A stretch of DNA of 64,000 nucleotides, taken from IMG/VR virus record IMGVR_UViG_3300042516_002158. The stretch is one strand, 5' to 3'. Positions 1 to 6,729 of this stretch are shown one piece after another. Every line of letters begins with the position of its first letter. Within the stretch, counting starts at the first letter, position 1. The DNA comes from an uncultured virus (IMG/VR IMGVR_UViG_3300042516_002158) (taxonomy: Duplodnaviria > Heunggongvirae > Uroviricota > Caudoviricetes). The notes below the pieces were generated by a model that saw only the letters and a program-made list of their open reading frames with translations, did no database searches and was not told the origin of the DNA. Both the position numbers and the translations under genes were made by a program.

Positions 1-43
1 AATCATTACAAATGACTTGCTCTACCAGCTGAGCTACTCGGGC
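1..43 (-). tRNA. tRNA-Thr(UGU), 3' part truncated by window edge
   Basis: GCCCGAGTAGCTCAGCTGGTAGAGC D-arm; anticodon arm AGTCA-TTTGTAA-TGATT. Confidence 0.85.
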
Positions 44-48
44 TATTG

Positions 49-120
49 TACTCAGTACGGGATTCGAACCCGTATTACATCCGTGAAAGGGATGTGACCT
101 AACCCTTAGTCGAACTGAGC
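49..120 (-). tRNA. tRNA-Glu(UUC)
   Basis: Cloverleaf; anticodon arm CATCC-CTTTCAC-GGATG; T-loop TTCGAAT. Confidence 0.92.
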
Positions 121-123
121 GTT

Positions 124-234
124 TAAGGAAAGTAAAAGATGGGTGCGTGGACATTTACTTTTATGATTGGCATTACTTTGGATTTTACCCTCCTCACGCC
201 ATAGTTTCCTATTTAGTTTCCCAATCAACCTTAT
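124..234 (-). ncRNA. Candidate ~110-nt structured RNA with pseudoknot potential
   Basis: Closing TAAGG/CCTTA, TGATTGG/CCAATCA, ATAG-GAAA-CTAT, AAAGTAAA/TTTACTTT; own promoter at 239-270. Confidence 0.55.
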
Positions 235-238
235 AAAG

Positions 239-270
239 TAAATATACGATAAATAATTTACTTTACCAAA
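239..270 (-). promoter_or_regulatory. Bacteroidota primary-sigma-type promoter
   Basis: TTTG-N20-TATATTTA, close to TTTG/TAnnTTTG consensus. Confidence 0.65.
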
Positions 271-275
271 TATTG

Positions 276-350
276 TACCCGTAATAGGAGTCGAACCTAT
301 AATTGTATGGCTTCTAAGACCACTGCGTATGCCAATTCCGCCATACGGGT
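276..350 (-). tRNA. tRNA-Leu(UAG), short variable loop
   Basis: Anticodon arm GTGGT-CTTAGAA-GCCAT; acceptor ACCCGTA/TACGGGT. Confidence 0.85.
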
Positions 351-356
351 ATTTTG

Positions 357-428
357 GTTGAACGATGGGAATCGAACCCACACACAAAGTGCCACAAACT
401 TTCGCCCTACCATTAGGCTACGCTCAAC
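357..428 (-). tRNA. tRNA-His(GUG)
   Basis: AAAGT-TTGTGGC-ACTTT; encoded G-1 opposite C73. Confidence 0.9.
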
Positions 429-435
429 ATATAAG

Positions 436-506
436 AGGTGTGTATTGGAATCGAACCAATGTAAAAGGTTTTGCAGACCTTCACCTAGCCACTCGGACAA
501 CTCACC
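436..506 (-). tRNA. tRNA-Cys(GCA)
   Basis: AAGGT-CTGCAAA-ACCTT; U73. Confidence 0.9.
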
Positions 507-512
507 TTATTG

Positions 513-585
513 TAGTTTCAGTAGGATTCGAACCTACACTCTAACATTCGTAGTGTTATGTGATAATCCATTTCACTATGAAACT
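513..585 (-). tRNA. tRNA-Arg(ACG)
   Basis: TAACA-CTACGAA-TGTTA; T-loop TTCGAAT. Confidence 0.9.
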
Positions 586-590
586 ATTTG

Positions 591-661
591 CACCGGTTTA
601 CAGACTCGAACTGTAATCAAAGGTTTTGGAGACCTACATGCTACCATTGCACCAAACCGGA
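591..661 (-). tRNA. tRNA-Trp(CCA)
   Basis: TAGGT-CTCCAAA-ACCTT; G73. Confidence 0.88.
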
Positions 662-667
662 TGTGTG

Positions 668-740
668 TAGGAATAACAAGATTCGAACTTGTGACATCTA
701 ACGTATCAGATTAGCACTCTACCAGCTGAGTTATATTCCT
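668..740 (-). tRNA. tRNA-Ile(GAU)
   Basis: CTAAT-CTGATAC-GTTAG. Confidence 0.9.
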
Positions 741-745
741 ATATG

Positions 746-819
746 TTGGGAATGCAGGATTCGAACCTACGGCCTCTAGCTCCCAAAGCTAGCGCGATAC
801 CGGACTACGCTAATTCCCA
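746..819 (-). tRNA. tRNA-Pro(UGG)
   Basis: CTAGC-TTTGGGA-GCTAG. Confidence 0.92.
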
Positions 820-824
820 TTTTG

Positions 825-897
825 TTATCGGACCTGGACTCGAACCAAAACTAATAGAATCAAAATCTATTGTGCTGACCAATTACACCATCCGACA
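825..897 (-). tRNA. tRNA-Gln(UUG)
   Basis: ATAGA-TTTTGAT-TCTAT. Confidence 0.9.
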
Positions 898-909
898 ATT
901 TCCAATTTT

Positions 910-972
910 GTTATCACCATTTCCCGGTGTGCTAATACACTAAACTTCCAGGCGTGTTCCGGATTGGTAACC
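910..972 (-). ncRNA. Small GC-richer structured element inside tRNA array
   Basis: GTTACCA/TGGTGAT closing stem, TCCGG/CCGGG, GTGT-ATTAGC-ACAC hairpin. Confidence 0.4.
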
Positions 973-977
973 GTTTG

Positions 978-1050
978 AGCAGATGAGAGGAATCGAACCT
1001 CCGTCTCCTACTTGGAAGGAAGGAGTAATGAGCCATTATACGACATCTGC
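978..1050 (-). tRNA. tRNA-Gly(UCC)
   Basis: CCTTC-CTTCCAA-GTAGG; U73. Confidence 0.9.
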
Positions 1051-1068
1051 ATATCAAATAAACAATTG

Positions 1069-1140
1069 AGGGAAGGGAGAATTACGATATCTCGACCTGA
1101 TGATTAACAGTCATCTGCTCTGCCGCTGAGCTACCATCCC
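1069..1140 (-). tRNA. tRNA-Asn(GUU), atypical T-loop
   Basis: GATGA-CTGTTAA-TCATC; T-loop ATCGTAA. Confidence 0.8.
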
Positions 1141-1178
1141 AAAAACAAAAAACCCCAACTAATTAAAGTCAGGGTTTT
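1141..1178 (-). terminator. Intrinsic terminator (putative attenuator) immediately upstream of tRNA array
   Basis: AACCCTGACT-TTAATT-AGTTGGGGTT followed by TTTTGTTTTT. Confidence 0.8.
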
Positions 1179-1209
1179 CTAAAATTCTTAATATAAATCT
1201 AGCCTAACT

Positions 1210-1278
1210 TTACATATCTCTGCCACCCCAAATCTGATTCGGTGTGCTACAAAGTGTATGTAATGTTAATGCTTTCAT
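1210..1278 (-). CDS. Putative 22-aa leader peptide MKALTLHTLCSTPNQIWGGRDM
   Basis: ATG...TAA read by hand; ATAGTTATA motif 5 nt upstream; stop region complementary to terminator 5' arm. Confidence 0.7.
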   Translation of the reverse strand: MKALTLHTLCSTPNQIWGGRDM

Positions 1279-1304
1279 TTGTTATAACTATAATCGAATT
1301 AAAA

Positions 1305-1374
1305 AAGTAATCAATCTTCAAAATACGCCACGTCAAGTCATGCTCCGGTTAATACAAGCCTCGATAAATTACTT
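1305..1374 (-). ncRNA. Small structured element
   Basis: AAGTAAT(T)TATC ... GAT(TG)ATTACTT closing stem around a GC-richer core, followed by U-tract. Confidence 0.35.
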
Positions 1375-1376
1375 TG

Positions 1377-1417
1377 CTATCATTATTGGAATCGAACCAA
1401 CTCTAACCATTATGATA
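1377..1417 (-). ncRNA. tRNA-like minihelix (acceptor + T arm, no anticodon arm)
   Basis: TATCAT/ATGATA stem, GTTGG-TTCGATT-CCAAT T arm, TGGTTAGA D-loop-like linker, ends G-CAA like the neighbouring tRNAs. Confidence 0.65.
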
Positions 1418-1424
1418 AAATAAA

Positions 1425-2292
1425 ATAGGGATGAGAATACTCCATATTGAGAACCAGCTTTAGAAAGATTATTAGTTCCTTCCGTTTCCACCACCTTTTG
1501 AGTAGTACCAATTCAATGTGGGTTAATTGAGTCAACCAATCTTTGAGTTATAAACTACTCTCTTTTTACTACGCTTCTTTAAACCTATCAGCCTAATTAA
1601 TCCTTGCGGGATTAGAAGTTTTTCGAAAGAATCACAGACTTCTTGCGGAAGTATCGTGGCTAAGAACAACTCTTAACTATGTACACACCTTTCGTCTATA
1701 ACTGGCAAACACTTAAGCTTAATTTTTAATTGTAGTTTTTTATACCGAAATAAAAAATTGAGTTTTAGTTTTGTAGAATGATTCAAGTAGTGGTTTGCCA
1801 CCAGCTCCGTTATCTTTTGAACAACGAAATACTATACTACTCGATGCAATATCCCTACTGCGTTATTTTGAGTCATCTTCATTTATAATCGTTGGTACGA
1901 TTTATAAAAGGATAGTAACAGCACCACCTGTACACAGTCTTATCTTACTACCTTTCGTATAGTTTGATGTTAAGACCACTCTAATAATGAATACCGCAAT
2001 TATGTAGAGGGATTAAGTCTACACTTCTTACTGATATTCTATGGGTTATTCTTATTGGTGTTCCCACCTCAACTAAAGTATCTACAATACCCTAGTTACT
2101 CAAACTCTTCAATGGTAGTGTTACCCCCACTTACAAAGCCTAAATAATATCCCACTTGCATACTTAAGCTATTCTCCCTTACGGGGAAGGAGCCGCCGGC
2201 GTATCACTTAATACACCCACTTTATCCTACTTTCGTAGTTTATTTAACGACCATATGCGGCCGGTAGCTATTATGTAACACAAGGTTACTAT
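1425..2292 (-). ncRNA. Large (~870 nt) highly structured RNA, GOLLD-like (family assignment unconfirmed)
   Basis: No long ORF; many GNRA hairpins (CTAC-GAAA-GTAG, CCC-GTAA-GGG, several GCAA-capped stems); long-range CTGTGTACA/TGTACATAG; tRNA context; own promoter and boxA. Confidence 0.6.
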
Positions 2293-2305
2293 ATAGAATA
2301 TTTTT

Positions 2306-2373
2306 AATAATTTAAAGAACTTCTTTGTTGTTATATATATGTAAATATAAATTAAAACATTAAATTTACCAAA
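2306..2373 (-). promoter_or_regulatory. Bacteroidota-type promoter plus boxA-like element
   Basis: TTTG-N20-TATATTTA (2342-2373), then AAGTTCTTTAAA. Confidence 0.6.
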
Positions 2374-2396
2374 TATTTTTACAACTTTTTTCTCCC

Positions 2397-2442
2397 AAGA
2401 TTGAATACCGAGTATCTTTCATCACCTATAAGTTTCAATCTT
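2397..2442 (-). ncRNA. Small structured element directly after a promoter
   Basis: Perfect 9-bp AAGATTGAA/TTCAATCTT stem; promoter at 2449-2480. Confidence 0.35.
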
Positions 2443-2448
2443 ATATAG

Positions 2449-2480
2449 TAAAGATACATTAAGTTTTTCAATCTACCAAA
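2449..2480 (-). promoter_or_regulatory. Bacteroidota-type promoter
   Basis: TTTG-N20-TATCTTTA. Confidence 0.6.
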
Positions 2481-2499
2481 TTTCTTTGGGGATTTTTTT

Positions 2500-2582
2500 G
2501 TTAAGGTGTCCGGCTTTATGCCTTTCCTTAATGGTCTGGCTCCACTCAATCGGTTTTATTATTTGATGGCTTCAACCCTAAC
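2500..2582 (-). ncRNA. Small structured element 3' of tRNA-Met
   Basis: GTTAGGGT/ACCTTAAC closing stem; GGC-ATAAA-GCC hairpin. Confidence 0.4.
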
Positions 2583-2587
2583 ATTTG

Positions 2588-2659
2588 TTGCGGTGAGCGG
2601 ATTCGAACCACTGACCCCTAGGTTATGAGCCTAGTGAGCTACCTCTGCTCTACACCGCG
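2588..2659 (-). tRNA. tRNA-Met(CAU), initiator-like
   Basis: CTAGG-CTCATAA-CCTAG; C1:A72 mismatch (CGCGGTG/CACCGCA). Confidence 0.88.
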
Positions 2660-2665
2660 ATATTG

Positions 2666-3031
2666 TGGAGATGACGAGACTCGAACTCGTGTCTTACAAA
2701 GAACTAATAATACCAGCATATCACACGTTTAGATAAAGTTTAATCTTATTCACTTTCCAAAATAATTGAGGTCGGATGGTTAGTCCAACTTTCCACCAAC
2801 CGATTTAAAGTTTCGGTAAACTTAGTTTCACATTCTATTTAAAGTCCCATGATGTGTACGGGATTGGTTATGCTGCTACAGCGTAATCCATACCTACGAA
2901 GGCCATAAGGTCATCGTAAGTCATAGTTGACATTTCGTCAGTTATTGTTTTGTGCAGATTTAAGGAGAACTAGCACTTCTCTCCACGTGTGGTACTACCA
3001 TTTACATTGCAATCAATTCCATAGCATCCCC
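2666..3031 (-). ncRNA. ssrA: tmRNA
   Basis: GGGGATG/CATCTCC-A acceptor with G3:U; T arm ACGAG-TTCGAGT-CTCGT; tag frame after AATAACT ends YAVAA-stop. Confidence 0.92.
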
Positions 3032-3087
3032 AATATTTCAATGAACTCTCTTTAACAAAGATACAACAATTATCTTAATTTACCAAA
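3031..3087 (-). promoter_or_regulatory. Bacteroidota-type promoter plus boxA-like element for the tmRNA unit
   Basis: Perfect TTTG-N20-TATCTTTG (3056-3087); AGTTCATTGAAATATTG just before tmRNA. Confidence 0.75.
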
Positions 3088-3137
3088 TATTTAAGGTATT
3101 TTTTTATAACTTGTTGATTATCAACCTTTTATAAATA

Positions 3138-4262
3138 TTAATATCTTTTAAACCCAATTGTAGGTCTATCTTCCTCTGATTTGTCTTGCTGATTATCTAT
3201 GTTATAAATCTCAGCTAATGTCAATCCTTCGGTTGTTTCAGTTTGTTTATTCAATTTCTTTAGTAAAGTTTGTGTATCTTCTAAACTTAACTTACCAAAT
3301 TTATGTTCTGCAATCAATCTACCCTTTCTTAATAATGCACTATCAATCTTTTCTTTATCCATATTAAAAGTAGCAATTACATGTATGTTTAAAATATCAC
3401 CTAAAATACCATCACTTAAGTTCAATAGATTAGAAACTCCAACTGAACTACCACTATTATTTCTATCTCCGATTACTTTCTCAGCATCTTCAATAATCAA
3501 AACACAATCTTTGTTCTCCATTAAGAAAGGAACAAAATCTGGATTAACAATACTCTCTGCCATAATTGGTGGTAAGAATAAAACTTTCTTTCCCAATTCA
3601 TGTGCTAAGTATTTCAAATAAGTTGTCTTTCCTGTTCCTGGCAATCCGTGTAACAATACTAATTTAGCTTTGTTATCGTTTTTACCTTGAATAGTTTCAA
3701 CAATATTTGTATGCATCTTACTAAAATCAGTTCCGTAATTTAAATCTAAATCAATTATTGGTTTACCCAAATCAAATGCTTCAGTTTCAAACCCATATGA
3801 TGTTGATTTTAATAAATGAATTTGTCCTTTCATATCTTTCTTTGTAAAAGTTGATAGTTCAGGTAATCGTTTGAACACATCATCAATAGGTGATGTAGTA
3901 GTAATCCATCCCTTTAAAGGTGCTGATTTTAACTTTGATATTTTTTCTTCATCTGGTTCTTCACCAGGATAATCATCATCTGCTCTATTTGAAAAACCAA
4001 TTACCGCTACGTGTTCACCTATTTGTAATTCAAACATTTCAGTAACAGAAAATGTATCAGGTTCATAGTAATGTCTTTTTTCATAAATAGATTTTGCTCC
4101 ATTATTTTTTAAATATTCAATTACTTTCGTATCGAACACAACACCACTACCATAGTAAACACAATTAACTGAATGTCCTGTCTTTTCTGATAGGTATTTC
4201 TCAACTGGAAATTCTCCACCATGTGCTGGACTATATAATCTGTAATTCTCTTTTGGTAACAT
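3138..4262 (-). CDS. AAA+ ATPase
   Basis: Walker A GLPGTGKT, Walker B IIEDAE, SRH DSALLRKGRL. Confidence 0.9.
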   Translation of the reverse strand: MLPKENYRLYSPAHGGEFPVEKYLSEKTGHSVNCVYYGSGVVFDTKVIEYLKNNGAKSIYEKRHYYEPDTFSVTEMFELQIGEHVAVIGFSNRADDDYPGEEPDEEKISKLKSAPLKGWITTTSPIDDVFKRLPELSTFTKKDMKGQIHLLKSTSYGFETEAFDLGKPIIDLDLNYGTDFSKMHTNIVETIQGKNDNKAKLVLLHGLPGTGKTTYLKYLAHELGKKVLFLPPIMAESIVNPDFVPFLMENKDCVLIIEDAEKVIGDRNNSGSSVGVSNLLNLSDGILGDILNIHVIATFNMDKEKIDSALLRKGRLIAEHKFGKLSLEDTQTLLKKLNKQTETTEGLTLAEIYNIDNQQDKSEEDRPTIGFKRY

Positions 4263-4265
4263 TTT

Positions 4266-5024
4266 TTAAATTTTATTTTTTAATAATTCTGCTATTGCTC
4301 TGTGTCCTTTTGGTGATGGATGTCCTCTTTCTTCAAACATATCTACATCATTGAACTCTTTTAAATACGTTGTTAAGTTTATATCCTTAAATGATTGTGG
4401 AATATGTTTATATAAATCTAATAAACCAAAATAATCTTCAATATCATCAAACTGATTAGATACTTTATCAGCATTTATATTTTTGTTTACATCTGCTATC
4501 TCAGCAATATTATATTCAAAGAATGCATTTATACAAAGATACGGAATATTATTTGATTTAAGAAAACTTGTTAGGGATATTATTTGTTGAAATATTCTAA
4601 CGAAAGAAGGTGCTAAATGTGAATGATTTATAACATATTTATTATCATTTTGTTTATTTGCATCAGTTCTACCCCATTTATCTTTATCTGACCACAAATG
4701 TTCTCTAATAAAAACCTCACCATCAAAATAATCAAATCTAGTCGGTGCAGTAAATGAAAGTAAAACAAACATTTCATCTACTTTAACATAACCTAATTCT
4801 TCATTGTATATTGGTTCACCATTTAAGAATTTACAAACATCTCTCATAGTATTTCTAAAAATTCTATCATTAGATATACCACTACTAGCTACATTAAAAT
4901 CTACCAAATCTTTTTCTTTGGCTATTAATGTAGAGAATCTATTAGTTCTGTCCTTTAATTCTGAACCCCAACTAACTGAATCTCCGTTTGTGTATAATAC
5001 TTTTAGTTTTTTCGCCATACCCAC
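4266..5024 (-). CDS. SGNH/GDSL-like hydrolase or acyltransferase
   Basis: GDS block I, SN block, C-terminal GHPSPKGH. Confidence 0.65.
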   Translation of the reverse strand: MGMAKKLKVLYTNGDSVSWGSELKDRTNRFSTLIAKEKDLVDFNVASSGISNDRIFRNTMRDVCKFLNGEPIYNEELGYVKVDEMFVLLSFTAPTRFDYFDGEVFIREHLWSDKDKWGRTDANKQNDNKYVINHSHLAPSFVRIFQQIISLTSFLKSNNIPYLCINAFFEYNIAEIADVNKNINADKVSNQFDDIEDYFGLLDLYKHIPQSFKDINLTTYLKEFNDVDMFEERGHPSPKGHRAIAELLKNKI

Positions 5025-6235
5025 ATTGGTTCACAAAATGTTTTATCAGCTGCTTCTCTTGCTTTTTCTAATGCTTCTTCGGTGTATCTATCCTCATCAC
5101 CCTCTATTATTGCTCCTGCACCTGCAGAACCAGGTCTTTTTGCCATTTCCATACCCATACATCCTAAGTATTCTGCCCCCTCTTGTTTCTCCAAGAATTC
5201 GTTCATAGGAGTAGTGATTGCTCTATACCCTTTATCCGTTCCTTTTGAACTTGCATAAACATCTGCAATATTTACAATCAATGTTCCACCCTTTTTAAGA
5301 GTTTTCCAAATCTTTCCCAATGCTCTGTGTAAAAATAATTCATTCCACTCATCAATTGTTTTATATCTAATCCAACTTTGAGTATCATCATATGAATATC
5401 GTTCTACACTAAAGTAAGGTGGACTTGTAAATGCAATATCAAAGTATTCATCATATCCTTCGTAATCAAAATCTTCCGCAGGACTCTCCACAAAAGTAGA
5501 TTGTTTTTCAATTTCAAAAAATCCATTATTCTTTTCGTAGAAGTCTGCCTGTTGTCTATAAATTGGATGGTTTTCTTTACGAGGATCTATACCAACATAA
5601 TGTTTACCATATTCACTTGCATAGAAACCACATAATCTATCACCCCATCCTGCTGCAAAATCTAATACGGTCTCTGCTTTGAAATAATCGTATAATGCTT
5701 TTGCTACATTTGGTTTGAACTGAGAACAAATATATTTACGAAGTGATAATGCTACTCTTAAACTTCCTCTATTTACTTCATCAAACTTTAAAGTATACAT
5801 TGCACCCATTAAGGTATACATAAACTCATAGGTTCTCCAAGTTCTATCAGGACCTGGTGATACCGTTCCATCTACACCCCATCTATTAGCTTGTTGGAAA
5901 TAATTTGATGCTTGGTTTCCAGTATTAACTCGTCTAAAATATAATTGCTTATCTTCAAATCCTAATCCGAATTTACTATCACCCGCTTTACGGATAAACC
6001 ACTCATCATCTCTAAGTAATTCATTCCATCTAGTTGCTTTCAATGCTAGATATTCTTTTCTTGCATCTTCTTCACTAATTTCTTGATATGGAAGTGGGTA
6101 GTCCATAGCTATTTTAGCTAAGGACTCACACACATCTTCTTTACTATAAGTTTCTTTGATATGATTCCATTGTTCTGCGTTAATATACAGATATGGAGAC
6201 ATATTCTTAAATTGATCAAAATAATCTAAATACAT
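5003..6235 (-). CDS. DNA amino-methyltransferase (N6-A/N4-C)
   Basis: Motif I LDFAAGWG, motif IV FTSPPY. Confidence 0.8.
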   Translation of the reverse strand: MYLDYFDQFKNMSPYLYINAEQWNHIKETYSKEDVCESLAKIAMDYPLPYQEISEEDARKEYLALKATRWNELLRDDEWFIRKAGDSKFGLGFEDKQLYFRRVNTGNQASNYFQQANRWGVDGTVSPGPDRTWRTYEFMYTLMGAMYTLKFDEVNRGSLRVALSLRKYICSQFKPNVAKALYDYFKAETVLDFAAGWGDRLCGFYASEYGKHYVGIDPRKENHPIYRQQADFYEKNNGFFEIEKQSTFVESPAEDFDYEGYDEYFDIAFTSPPYFSVERYSYDDTQSWIRYKTIDEWNELFLHRALGKIWKTLKKGGTLIVNIADVYASSKGTDKGYRAITTPMNEFLEKQEGAEYLGCMGMEMAKRPGSAGAGAIIEGDEDRYTEEALEKAREAADKTFCEPMWVWRKN

Positions 6236-6272
6236 ATAACTCTAATTTACGAAACTTATTTGATAAATCCAA

Positions 6273-6545
6273 CTATTTTAAGGATTCATTTATAGCATTT
6301 ACATATGCTATCTTAGAACTTAACCCAGTAAAACGTTCTACTACTTCACCATCTTTTTCAATGATGATTGTTGGAACTGATGTTACTGCATATTTTTGAG
6401 TTTCTTCGTTATATACATCTACATCATATTCTTCAAATACTACATTTGAATTACCAACATAACTTTCTTTAATTTGCCCCATAACCGGTGCTAATGCTCT
6501 ACACGGTCCACACCATGTTGCACTAAATTTCTTCACTACTACCAT
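6273..6545 (-). CDS. trxA: Thioredoxin
   Basis: WCGPC; cis-Pro VPT. Confidence 0.92.
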   Translation of the reverse strand: MVVVKKFSATWCGPCRALAPVMGQIKESYVGNSNVVFEEYDVDVYNEETQKYAVTSVPTIIIEKDGEVVERFTGLSSKIAYVNAINESLK

Positions 6546-6729
6546 TTTCTTTTGTTTTTATTTGTTTATTTCCTTTTATACCAACTGGAATATATGGACA
6601 ATGGCGGCACCCACTCCCACAGCAATCACCTCGTTGAAGGTGATACTCAGGAGTGAACACCACTTTACCATTTTCCAAATAATATAATTCCTTATCATCT
6701 TTATTTAACTTCACAAGCACCTCCTGCAC
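6523..6729 (-). CDS. Small Cys-rich protein (DUF5522-like); start uncertain
   Basis: RGDCCGSGCRHCPY. Confidence 0.7.
   Translation of the reverse strand: MQEVLVKLNKDDKELYYLENGKVVFTPEYHLQRGDCCGSGCRHCPYIPVGIKGNKQIKTKENGSSEEI

Noticed and set aside
106..943. ORF-track ORFs at 106-387, 297-500, 307-714, 743-943
   Set aside because: They overlap clear tRNA genes; chance open frames.
1141..1300. T-box riboswitch as the explanation for the terminator before the tRNAs
   Set aside because: No AGGGTGGNACCGCG T-box consensus or stem I visible; the leader ORF and antiterminator explain the layout better.
1425..2292. rRNA fragment or self-splicing intron
   Set aside because: No recognisable rRNA signatures, no interrupted gene, and no group I/II core seen by eye; cmscan is needed to exclude it fully.
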